From positions 11,020-75,019 of the forward strand of contig SMYC01000026.1 in assembly GCA_004356105.1 (NCBI GenBank): DNA of 64,000 nucleotides. Direction: 5' to 3'. Position 1 is the stretch's first letter; every line of letters starts with the position of its first letter. Below are positions 54,836-63,803 of this stretch, piece after piece. Below the pieces are notes generated by a model, which saw nothing but the letters and a program-made list of their open reading frames with translations, had not been told where the DNA came from and searched no databases. A program made the position numbers and the translations under genes. This DNA is from Acidobacteriota bacterium. GTDB lineage: Bacteria > Acidobacteriota > Vicinamibacteria > Marinacidobacterales > SMYC01.

Positions 54836-55290
54836 TTAGCGCTCGTAGACCACGACCGCATCAATATTAGAGTCGACGGCCTTCTTGTATTGCCCCACCT
54901 GGAGATAAATGTGTCCCGGCATGTGCTGTAAGTGGGCGACGCCAGGCATCGAAGCGCCGAGTCGATCCGCGAACGGGACGGCACGGTCGGGATTCGGCGA
55001 GGCTTCGACGGTGTGGATGTAGTAGTGGGTCGCGCCCGAGTGGTCGGGATTGCGCGCGCGCACCGATTCGAGGCGCTCCACCGTTTCTTGGGTGCCCTTG
55101 CGTGGATCGCCCTGTTCATCCCAGTAGTTCTACCGGTGGGTGTTCATGATGGATGCGGCCGATAGAGTCGCCGCATCGAGATCGTCGTAAAGCTTGACGT
55201 CCGGCGCCGTCGTCGCTTCCGAACCGTTGGCGATGGTACCTGCCAACAGCAGACCAAAAGTTGCCACGAGTACTGTGCGTGGTCGCATGG
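54836..55290 (-). pseudogene. small secreted protein fragment (signal peptide + conserved HxYxHxxExSxxP...HMPxHIY segment), frameshifted and truncated
   Basis: The signal ORF MRPRTVLVATFGLLLAGTIANG (55288 downward) ends at a stop. The +1 frame continues ...NPDHSGATHYYIHTVEASPNPDRAVPF...HLQHMPGHIYLQVGQY and then stops. Confidence 0.35.
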
Positions 55291-55344
55291 ATCGAAGCTT
55301 TCTTCTGATTGGAACGAAGACGACGCGCCTTCGTCACCGCACTT

Positions 55345-56046
55345 TTACAGCAGGTTTTTGAAGTGCTTGCTCTTGACTTTGAATCTCTTGGTTTCGCCAT
55401 TGTCAGCGACGATCGTGACGAAGAACTCTCCTTTTTTGTCGCGCGCCGATAGCTGCATCAACTGGCCCAAATCGAAGCTCGCGACTAGAGGACCCATGTC
55501 GACGAGCTCTCCCGACGGCGCACGAATTTTGTCCGAGATGCGCCTCGTGCGCAACGGTTCGATCTGCGCGGTCACTTTCTTGTTTGCAGAGACCATGCTC
55601 ACCGTTAGGACAGCATTCCCGTAGGCACCTTCCCTGACCTCTTGCGGAACGCTCGAGTGACAAACCACACGAACGACCGGTTCGAGGAGCCGCTCGGTCA
55701 GATGTCGAGGCAGCAACTCCTTCCCTCTCATCGCTGCGTCCCGAGACAGTTTTGCGATCCACCCATAAGGTGTGTAGATCTCGACGCCGAAGCCGGTATT
55801 CTTGAGGTTCGTCTGATGCTGCATGAAGTTGTTATTGCGGTTCGAATCGTCCCGCATCCCGCCGAAATTGGAGCCCGCCGCTCCCAAATACAATCGGGGT
55901 AGTTTCTTGGAAACGTCTTTACCGACAGCAAGCGCCTGAGCGATGTCCTCGTCACTGAGGGGGTGGGTAATTGCGAGCTCGTCTTTCGCGACTGGTGGCA
56001 CGACGATCATAACGGCGAGGGCAATGGGGACGATCAAGGAGAGCAT
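55345..56046 (-). CDS. hypothetical secreted protein
   Basis: A perfect AGGAGG lies 6 nt upstream of ATG. Signal peptide MLSLIVPIALAVMIVVPPVA. 233 aa. No known domain. Confidence 0.5.
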   Translation of the reverse strand: MLSLIVPIALAVMIVVPPVAKDELAITHPLSDEDIAQALAVGKDVSKKLPRLYLGAAGSNFGGMRDDSNRNNNFMQHQTNLKNTGFGVEIYTPYGWIAKLSRDAAMRGKELLPRHLTERLLEPVVRVVCHSSVPQEVREGAYGNAVLTVSMVSANKKVTAQIEPLRTRRISDKIRAPSGELVDMGPLVASFDLGQLMQLSARDKKGEFFVTIVADNGETKRFKVKSKHFKNLL

Positions 56047-56049
56047 GCT

Positions 56050-56643
56050 TAACCTCCTGTGTCGCAAATTAGCAAACACCGAGCTAAGACGCAAATTTTC
56101 TTCTCCTTGGTGATTTGTCCCGGTACCATAGCCACGACCGCTACCGCTGCTAGGACTTTCTACTCGGTCTGGACTAAGTTGGACTCGCGAAGACGATCCG
56201 CCGAAACGTAGTAAACGGGAAAGGCTCGGAGACATGATCATCGGAGCGTCGGTATTGATCCATGACTCCCTTCCCAAAGCCGCGGGCTTCACCGGAGTGG
56301 TCTTGGGCGGAGCCGCAGCTTCAACTGCGTCTGGACGCAGTTCCACCGCGGGCACCGGCTTGGACGGTTCACGAGGTACCGGCAGCTTGCGCATGGTCGA
56401 TGGGACGTCCGGCTTGGGTGCAATCTCGGCAACCAGCTCCTCGATCTTCCGTTTGGTCTTATGCTTCGCCCGAGCCAGGAGGTCATCGCGATTCGCCTCG
56501 GTGAGAACAGGCGCCAGCTTGGCAATGACGCTCAAGTGTAGGCGACCATCCTGAAGCATCGGTAAAATCGCCGGATGCTTACGCGGCACGAGCAACCCCG
56601 ATGCGCAAATAAGTTTCGGCCTCCGACAAGTGCAGCCTGTCAT
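56050..56643 (-). other. in-frame upstream extension with weak DUF222-like (13E12-repeat/HNH family N-terminus) resemblance; probable remnant
   Basis: LQDGRLHLSVIAKLAPVLTEANRDDLLARAKHKTKRKIEEL resembles DUF222 helical repeats. It is continuous with the downstream ORF by chance of frame. No RBS of its own. Confidence 0.25.
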
Positions 56644-57015
56644 CTCTCAGTGCAGTAGACGAACATCGACGGCGACGCCTCGGTGCGAGCATATAACCGA
56701 CGCCGGTCGACTTCGCCGATATGCGCGACCAGCTCGGCCTCGACGCGCCGCGACTCTTTCAAAATCTGCGACAGCTTCGCCGACGTCCGTATCGCGTGAC
56801 GGTCGCCTCGTTGCGTTCAGGGGAAACGCATCCAGAGACCCGAAGTGAACGTCCCATGAGAGAGGCAACCAGAACGACGCATCCGGGTCTTGGTCGAACG
56901 GCTGGAGCTCGACATTCTCGATACCGGCCCGACGATAGTGGTCGACCGCCCATCGGATCGTCTCGCTGCTCGAAGGAAAACATGAGCGTCGTGGACACGG
57001 CTCTCCGCCGCGAAG

Positions 57016-58116
57016 CTATTTGGGCGGCCCCCGAGCCTCGTCCTCGAGAATCCGGGCGCCTCGCAGAATCCCGCCCATGGCGTAATTGGCCTCGTGGCAA
57101 GCGTATTCGTACATGCGGTCGCTCGTCGCTGGCCACACATACTCGCCGCTCCACTTCGTCGACCAAATTGCCGGGTCGTCGACCGTGAACTGATAGAGCA
57201 GCGTGTCTGCGTCGAGGCGTGTGAAACGCTCGACAATATGTAGGTCGCGGGACGCGCCATTGAGCGCAGGCGTGTCGTTGAAATTCGTCGTGTCGACGAC
57301 CAGTGTGTCTTCTTCCCAATGGCCGACCGAGTCGCCCATCCAGCCCCGGATCTCGGGCGGTGCATGCTCCGCGTTCATCCGCACGATGCGCGCATCGTGC
57401 ACCATCTCCACGAGGATCATCACGTAGTCCTCGGTCTGCACGATCCGCTTGAGGTTGTTGTATAGCACCGGCAGCATGGGGGGACCGGACGTGGAACCGA
57501 ACCCCAGCAGGCAGCGTTCGGCGAGGGGTCGAATCTCGGGGTCATCGTAGGGGCCCGGTGCGTCCGGGCCGTTCTCTTCGACCCACCAGGCGGTGCCCGT
57601 GTTCTCTCGAAAGAGGGCTAGACGCGCCATCGCAGCCTTACGACCCGACGGCGTCAAGGGCGGCCGTCGTCCGTTTGGCGGATCGACGATGATCGACGTC
57701 CGGAACCGCCCGTCGATCTGAAACGCCGCGGTCCCGCGGTCCATCCAGAAGGTGTTGTAAGCACCGACATTCCCAGCTGCGCCGCTGGAGCCGTCCCCTC
57801 CTACTGGGGGGGCCTCATTCGGTACGGCGTTGATATCGTTTCGCTCGGCGGGGATATCGAACGACTCAGCGATGGCTTGAGGCTCCCGTTCTTCGATCGC
57901 CGCCGCTTCTTCCTCGGTCAGGAACAGCGTGTTGCCGTAGCGTTCGGGGCGCTGCAGGGGAGTTAGCGTGGCCGTGTCATAGATGCCTGAGAGATCTGGC
58001 CGACCATCTGCCATCCGGGGAATGTCGGCGCCTGTTTGCTGCGCGAGCGCCGCCGGAGCCACCCAAACGAGCGCGACCGTGAAAGCACCCATGAACGCGA
58101 GGACTCGATTGCGCAT
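57016..58116 (-). CDS. hypothetical secreted protein
   Basis: Signal peptide MRNRVLAFMGAFTVALVWVAPAALAQQ. 366 aa. Coding-like, no recognisable domain. Confidence 0.5.
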   Translation of the reverse strand: MRNRVLAFMGAFTVALVWVAPAALAQQTGADIPRMADGRPDLSGIYDTATLTPLQRPERYGNTLFLTEEEAAAIEEREPQAIAESFDIPAERNDINAVPNEAPPVGGDGSSGAAGNVGAYNTFWMDRGTAAFQIDGRFRTSIIVDPPNGRRPPLTPSGRKAAMARLALFRENTGTAWWVEENGPDAPGPYDDPEIRPLAERCLLGFGSTSGPPMLPVLYNNLKRIVQTEDYVMILVEMVHDARIVRMNAEHAPPEIRGWMGDSVGHWEEDTLVVDTTNFNDTPALNGASRDLHIVERFTRLDADTLLYQFTVDDPAIWSTKWSGEYVWPATSDRMYEYACHEANYAMGGILRGARILEDEARGPPK

Positions 58117-58334
58117 CACACCCTCCATCTCTTCTCCACGCCACGTCGCATTCTACCCCCGATCGGGCCCGGGCGGCGAGCGCATGCTCTATCCCGAGTT
58201 CCGAGAAGCTGGGTGACATAGCCTGACGACAAATATCTCGCTCCGGCAGGCGTTCTCGAAAGCGTGGTCAGGTCCGATTGCTCGCAGCGGAGTACTTGAA
58301 AGGGCCGAGCAAATCGCGTTCGAAGGGGGAGCGA

Positions 58335-58446
58335 CCACGATGACGCTGCACGTGTTCCAGACGAACCAGCGCGCGGTAGCGTTGTATGAACGCAGGGGCT
58401 ATTCCGCGGAGTGGATCCGCTACATCAAACCGCTTCGCGGAGGGTA
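58335..58446 (+). pseudogene. GNAT acetyltransferase C-terminal fragment
   Basis: ...TLHVFQTNQRAVALYERRGYSAEWIRYIKP matches the GNAT motif B / C-terminal beta strand. Only about 37 aa remain. Confidence 0.35.
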
Positions 58447-58574
58447 GAGCTCCTAATTCCGGTGATTCGCAGCTACGACATCTCCCTGGACGGTGAGAAG
58501 CAGCACGTGCCTGCCGAAGACTGACCCAGTCGCTCCGGTCGGCGCCCTTGGACCACTCCCAATATCGCCGGTTT

Positions 58575-59753
58575 TCACTCCGCGCTGGCCACCGTCACCG
58601 CAAACGGCACCGACAATGCTTTTTCTAACGTGAAGCGCCTCTCCGCCTTGAACCACGCGCCGGTGCTCGATTGAGCTTCTCTCTCGATCTTGAGCGTATC
58701 GCCGTCACGGGTCACTTCACGGGAGCCGGTCACGGACGCACCACTTCGTCCGGTGATGGTCGTGTCGGTGGTGCGTTGATTCCCTTCGGTCCGTTGCGTC
58801 GAGTCGACGGTGCGGCCGCGCCGGGTCGTGCCACTCACGTTGCCGTCCGGCCGTGAGTAGCGCACCGAGCCGCGTGAGCGGTTCCTCCTCCGCTGGGCAA
58901 GGGAAGGGCGTGAACCAGGCGCTGTTCTCGTACAGGTAGCTTCCCGACTCACGGGTTCGGAATAGCAGGCCCCTGGCGGTGGCCTTGCCGACGGCCACCG
59001 CATCTTCGAGGATTACTTGCATCCACGCATCGGGCTCGAAGGGTTTGCCCTTCTGAATGCCGATGCTGGCGAGAGAGCCCCGCAGCTCTGGGTCGATAAA
59101 GCCTATAGCTCACGATCGATCACCGTATGAAGCTCCTCGTAGAACTGGGAATTATTCGCATGGATGGTATTGAACGCGACCGTGGAGCCGTTGATGAACT
59201 CCATCGCGCGCGGGTTTTGCGCCTGCGATAAAGGATAAACTTTCAGGCTCTCGCGAAACATCTGCGATGCCACGTCAGGCTTACCGTCCACCAGGAAGCC
59301 CCTGAGGATGAGCCAGTTGATGTAAGACGGCGAGCTCGCGGTGAAGTAGCCTTCCGGAACCTCGCCCACGTATCCGAGCGGAAGGATCAGATAATTGCCA
59401 CCTTAACCCTTATCCGGTCCTGGGAAGCCCATGACGAACCGAAAGAACGCATCGTTCACGGTGCCCGGACCGCTTCCAGGCGGGATCTCCACCACGGTCG
59501 GTCCATCGCGGTCTAGATCCAGGACCACCGAGGCGTACACGGTGTCTGTGTTGCCGGTGAGGAAGAGGGGGTTCGAATCCATCAAGCGGTCCAGGAGCAC
59601 GACCTGGTTGGACCGCGTCGCGCCCATCTCCACCATGCCGCGTCGTATGGCCTCGATCGACGAGGCAGGAATGAAATTCAGAAATGCTTCGACCCCGCGC
59701 ATGAAATCCAAGTTGTCATAGACTTTCCACCGTCTCGTCGCTGGGTAGCCCAT
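58575..59753 (-). pseudogene. DUF1254/DUF1214 family protein, fragmented (multiple frameshifts, N-terminus missing)
   Basis: ORF 59403-59753 has the DUF1254 core (GNTDTVYASVVLDLDRDGPTVVEIP). ORFs 59103-59369 and 58717-59022 give the DUF1214 part in different frames. Confidence 0.5.
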
Positions 59754-59962
59754 CGAAAAACTCCAGAGTTCCGATCCGGGTCTCCACCTTGTCCGGCGTC
59801 ATGATCTCGGGGGGGATTCTGTTGTTGTAGCCGTCCGTCGGCTGCGCATTGGCGTCATCCATCGTGCACCCGACGGAAAACCACAACGCTGCCGCTAGGC
59901 TAGAGTCAGAACGAAAACCATCGTGCCTGCCAAAGCATTTTCTTGTCTCCCAGAATCATTAC

Positions 59963-60682
59963 CTACATTGGCTCAAAGGTGGCGACGACCCAAGTGTAAT
60001 AGATGCGCGTCGTGGCCTCGAAGCCCGAATCGGTGCCTACGAAGAGCCACACCGACCCGCTGCCATCGGTCTCAACTTGGAGCGCCTCGAGTCCGCTGGA
60101 TAGTTGCTTCAGCTCCCACCGCCGAGGCTCGCCGCATGGGACCGTGTTCGCCACATCGCCGATAGCGAGGGCGTTCTCGCCACCGTTGGTTTGCATTCCC
60201 TTGGCGACGTTCATGCGCCAGTCCGCGCCGACCATCACGGCTTGAGGCTCGCTTGTGGAGGCGCCGGCCTTGACGGTCACGCCTTCGCCGGGTGCGCCGC
60301 CGACTCCGACGCATCCGTTCTCGACGTTGGTCGCGATCTCGACGTCGAAGCGCACCGCGTAGCGCCGATTGGCGTCCAGCCCCGCCACTTGACCCTTGTA
60401 GTACATCCAAAGGTCGTCGCTGTGGTTGTTCCCCGAAATGTATTGAGCGTTCTGGGATGTATTCAAGGGCGCGCGCAGGGCGCGATAATCCGCTTCGAGC
60501 TCGAAGAAGGCTTCCTCGCCGATGGGATAATCCGCGAAGCCGCCAACCCAACCTTGGGTGCTCTGCGTGAAGTCGATGCGCACCGTGTGAGGGTCATCGT
60601 TTTTGCAGCCTGCGAGGAGTGTAAGAAGAGACAGACAAAAGGGCCAGCCATGTAACACCATTGAGTAGAACCTACCGACCAT
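59963..60682 (-). CDS. hypothetical lipoprotein
   Basis: Lipobox LLTLLAGCKND. About 230 aa. No known domain. Confidence 0.45.
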   Translation of the reverse strand: MVGRFYSMVLHGWPFCLSLLTLLAGCKNDDPHTVRIDFTQSTQGWVGGFADYPIGEEAFFELEADYRALRAPLNTSQNAQYISGNNHSDDLWMYYKGQVAGLDANRRYAVRFDVEIATNVENGCVGVGGAPGEGVTVKAGASTSEPQAVMVGADWRMNVAKGMQTNGGENALAIGDVANTVPCGEPRRWELKQLSSGLEALQVETDGSGSVWLFVGTDSGFEATTRIYYTWVVATFEPM

Positions 60683-60688
60683 GACGAA

Positions 60689-61477
60689 CTACTTCGGGAA
60701 AAGAAATTGCAGCTGGAGTCTGAGCTGCCACTCGGGTCCGAAATCTGGTTTCACAACGTTTGCATAGGCACTGACTTGTGCGTTCAACGGTTGATTCCCA
60801 ACCCTGAAAATCTTGCCCACACCACCACCAAATGGCACCGTCCACCGGTTATCACTATCCGCTTCCCAATTGGCTGTGATGATGGGCGCGAATGTCAGGT
60901 ACCATCCTCCCGGCATGTTGTAGTTAACAAAATACTGCCACGTAAAAACGTTGACATCATTGTCACCTGAGCCCGCAACCGACCATACATTGCTGAACAA
61001 CGAGCCGATAACCCAAGGGCCGCGCATGGTCAGGAGAACCGTCGATGGACCCACTCCCCACTTGTTCGACCCGAGTGCGTCGTCTGTTGCCGTAGGAAAA
61101 AGGAGTACCGGACCGGCGCCCCAAATAATCTTCCCCGCTTTCTTGGGCGACATAAATGCGCTGAATGTCGTGTCCCCCAGTCCGGTGGCCCGATCCGGCT
61201 CAGCGGTCAGGGGAGGTTGTGAGGTCACCGGCACAATCGTGCGGGTAACGAGATTCCAGTTTTCGCCTAGCGAGAGGGGCCAAACGGGCTGGATATTGAG
61301 AATGTTCTGGGTTTCGTCGGCCGGGCCAAAGTTGAAGTTGGTGTTGTTTTGAAAGGGAAGGCTGATTAGATCGCTAATCGGGTTTTGTGAGGCCTTGGCG
61401 AGGTCTTCCTGGCTGTAGACCAGACTCGTCACCGAGACCAGGAATACCAACAGTGAGGCGATAGTGATTCTTTGCAT
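60689..61477 (-). CDS. outer-membrane beta-barrel protein (resembles the MetA-pathway/phenol-degradation-like OMP transporter family)
   Basis: Signal peptide. Alternating amphipathic beta strands rich in G/N/W/Y. Terminal ...LQFLFPK aromatic-rich C-terminus. The family assignment is tentative. Confidence 0.5.
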   Translation of the reverse strand: MQRITIASLLVFLVSVTSLVYSQEDLAKASQNPISDLISLPFQNNTNFNFGPADETQNILNIQPVWPLSLGENWNLVTRTIVPVTSQPPLTAEPDRATGLGDTTFSAFMSPKKAGKIIWGAGPVLLFPTATDDALGSNKWGVGPSTVLLTMRGPWVIGSLFSNVWSVAGSGDNDVNVFTWQYFVNYNMPGGWYLTFAPIITANWEADSDNRWTVPFGGGVGKIFRVGNQPLNAQVSAYANVVKPDFGPEWQLRLQLQFLFPK

Positions 61478-61772
61478 TTCCTACTTTACTTCTTTCACTT
61501 CACGGGGATCACGCTGCTTCCCCGAGCAAAAAAGAAGGATGCGTTGAGCCAGTGGCTTCTCACGCTCGAGCAGGACTACGCGGAGCGCATCCGGCCGGTC
61601 GACACAGAGACCGCACGAGTCCGGGGCTCGCAGTGAAGCTGCCACCAGCGGCCGTTGACGTAGGGACGCACCGATGTGGGCGTGATTGTGCCATTGATAC
61701 TTTCGACACAGAGCATAGACTCTGTACCCGAGTACCAGGTCAACCAACCTTTAGGCTAGAATTGCAGCGATC

Positions 61773-62210
61773 ATGGGACAAAAGGAGCGCTTTCTAGCCG
61801 GAGAGCTGGCCGCTCGAGTAGGGGTCAACCGCGAGACGCTGCGCTATTACGAGCGCCGCGGGCTTTTGAAACCGGCACGCCGCACCGCGGCCGGCTATCG
61901 AATCTACGATGAGGAATCGGCGGCTCGGCTGCTCTTTATCAAACGAGCGCAAGGGTTCGGGTTCTCGCTGGAGGAAATCCGCGGCCTACTCAGGATGAAA
62001 CCTGCGAGTCCTCGGAGCTGCACACGGGTCATGAAGATGCTCGACAGCAAGCTCGAAGAGCTCGCCGCGAAGATGCAGGAAATGGCGCACTTCCACCGGC
62101 AACTTACGGGATATCGGAAACAGTGCGACGAGGCTTTGGCTGAAGGTGAGTGCTGTCCGGTCATCGTTTCGGTCGGCCGCTCCAGCGAATCGGAGCCTGA
62201 TAAAAACTGA
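61773..62210 (+). CDS. merR: MerR-family metal-responsive regulator, Hg(II)-type
   Basis: N-terminal HTH (LAGELAARVGVNRETLRYYERRGLL). Cys at positions 83, 118 and 127/128 reproduce the Cys82/Cys117/Cys126 spacing of Tn501 MerR. Confidence 0.75.
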   Translation: MGQKERFLAGELAARVGVNRETLRYYERRGLLKPARRTAAGYRIYDEESAARLLFIKRAQGFGFSLEEIRGLLRMKPASPRSCTRVMKMLDSKLEELAAKMQEMAHFHRQLTGYRKQCDEALAEGECCPVIVSVGRSSESEPDKN

Positions 62211-62274
62211 CGATTGGGACTTGACCCGGTAGGCGGGTACAGGGTGTATATTAGGATGCGGAGTTAGAGAAACC

Positions 62275-62937
62275 ATGAGCTCAGAAGAAATCAGCAAAGC
62301 ATCCCCAGGAGGCGACGCCAGTTGTTGCGAGGTCGGCGCCGAACCGAAATCGCGCGCGGGCACCCTGGGGGCGGTTTCCGCGGCGTTCGCGTCCGTATGC
62401 TGTGGCCTTCCCCTTTTGTTGATTGCCTTCGGGCTGGGCGGGCTGGGTTTCGGAAGTGTCCTCGGGAAGTATCACTGGTATTTCACCGGCGTGGGCATCG
62501 TGCTTCTCACCGCCGCGTGGTTCGTTTTCTTGAGAGAGCAGTCCCGGCTGCGAGCCGCGGGTTCCGAGATACGAAACGCGCGCCTCACACCGGTCCTTCT
62601 CGGTATCGCGACGGTTGCGGTTCTCGGATTCGGTGCGCTCAACGTTTCGAGCGCTCTTGGGCTCGGGTCGAAAGCCCGAGAGGTTGCCCAGGCCGCGTCG
62701 AGCTCATCCGGCGAGATGGCGCAAGTCGTCCTGTCCGTTGAGGGCATGACTTGCGTCACGTGCGAGTGGGGTATCGAGAAAGCCCTCGGGAAGCTCAACG
62801 GCGTGATCGAAGCGAAAGCGAGCTCCTCGGAACATAAGGTTCTCGTGCGCTATGAGCCGGGGGAAGTGACCTTCGAACAAATGATTGAAGCGGTGGACTC
62901 CACAGGATACAAGGCCTCGATGCCGAACCCGTCGTAG
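62275..62937 (+). CDS. merT: MerT-like membrane transporter fused to a C-terminal MerP-like HMA domain
   Basis: TM1 carries the vicinal Cys pair (ASVCCGLPLLLIAFG) like MerT ACCLGPLVL. The C-terminus is VLSVEGMTCVTCEWGIEKALGKLNGV (HMA, GMTCxxC). Confidence 0.65.
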   Translation: MSSEEISKASPGGDASCCEVGAEPKSRAGTLGAVSAAFASVCCGLPLLLIAFGLGGLGFGSVLGKYHWYFTGVGIVLLTAAWFVFLREQSRLRAAGSEIRNARLTPVLLGIATVAVLGFGALNVSSALGLGSKAREVAQAASSSSGEMAQVVLSVEGMTCVTCEWGIEKALGKLNGVIEAKASSSEHKVLVRYEPGEVTFEQMIEAVDSTGYKASMPNPS

Positions 62938-62951
62938 AACCGTAGACAACG

Positions 62952-63464
62952 ATGAGCGATTGCTGCAGGACAGCCGAACCTTCGGCCGCCGCGAACGACC
63001 GATGCCAGCGCTGCGGTGAGAAAGGACGCAGGGTACTCCGCGAGACCATGGAGAGTCTGTTGAAGCCGGAAGCTCTCGAGCGTTTCGCGGACGAGCCCTA
63101 TTTTTTTGACCGCACCCCCTCATGCGACGTCGTCTACTTCTCCAATGAAGCCCAGTCCTATTTCGACAAGGACGAGCTTTCCGTGCGCGTAGGCTTGAAA
63201 GAGACAGAGTCTCCCATCGCGCTGTGCTACTGTTTTGGCCATACTGCGGAGTCTGTCCGCGAGGAAATCGTGGCCAAAGGTCGCTCGACCACTGCCGAGA
63301 GGATCACGGCAGAGGTCCAGGCGGGGAACTGTTCCTGCGAGACGAAAAATCCGTCGGGCAAGTGCTGCCTCGGCGAAGTGTATGGGGCGGTCCAACGGAT
63401 CCAGAAAGAGCTATCGCCGGAAGAGCTGCAGGAAGAGCCCGTGACTCTAATGGAGAGAGGATAA
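62952..63464 (+). CDS. Cys-rich putative metal/FeS-binding protein
   Basis: MSDCCRTA...CQRCGEKG at the N-terminus. ALCYCFGHTAESVREEI...AGNCSCETKNPSGKCCLGEV resembles a BFD-like [2Fe-2S] CxC...CxxC arrangement. Family unknown. Confidence 0.45.
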   Translation: MSDCCRTAEPSAAANDRCQRCGEKGRRVLRETMESLLKPEALERFADEPYFFDRTPSCDVVYFSNEAQSYFDKDELSVRVGLKETESPIALCYCFGHTAESVREEIVAKGRSTTAERITAEVQAGNCSCETKNPSGKCCLGEVYGAVQRIQKELSPEELQEEPVTLMERG

Positions 63465-63470
63465 GAATTA

Positions 63471-63767
63471 ATGATAAAAAAGAGCGTTCTCTTGTTCTTG
63501 GTAACGCTTGTAGCGTTCTCCATGAGTCTCGCGTTCGGGGCCGAGGGGCCCAAGGAGGTCGAGCTCGAAATCAGCGGCATGACGTGAACCGGCTGCGCCG
63601 CGGCGGTCAAAGCCGCGCTCGAGAAAGTAGAAGGCTGCGAAGAAGCGAAGGCTGATTGGGAAAAGGGCTTAGCCTGGGCGAAGTACGATCCCGACAAGAC
63701 CAACCCGGAAGAGCTCGTCAAAGCCGTAAACGAGAACACCGCGTTCGAAGCCAAGCTCCCCTAGCTG
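63471..63767 (+). CDS. merP: periplasmic MerP-like HMA protein with in-frame TGA at the first Cys of the metal-binding motif (candidate selenoprotein or pseudogene)
   Basis: Signal peptide MIKKSVLLFLVTLVAFSMSLAFGA. EVELEISGMT-[TGA]-TGCAAAVKAALEKVEGC continues in frame for 60 more codons to a TAG. The TGA at 63585-63587 replaces the first Cys of GMTCxxC. Confidence 0.5.
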
Positions 63768-63803
63768 GGTAGGTTCGTCGAAGAAGAGCCACAGGCCACA
63801 GGA

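Noticed and set aside
61700-61772. GTAC-N5-GTAC and CAGAG...CTCTG dyads upstream of merR as a MerR operator
   Set aside because: They resemble the GTAC half-sites of mer operators, but I could not place them between a credible -35/-10 pair with 19-bp spacing. I left this as unproven rather than annotating a feature.
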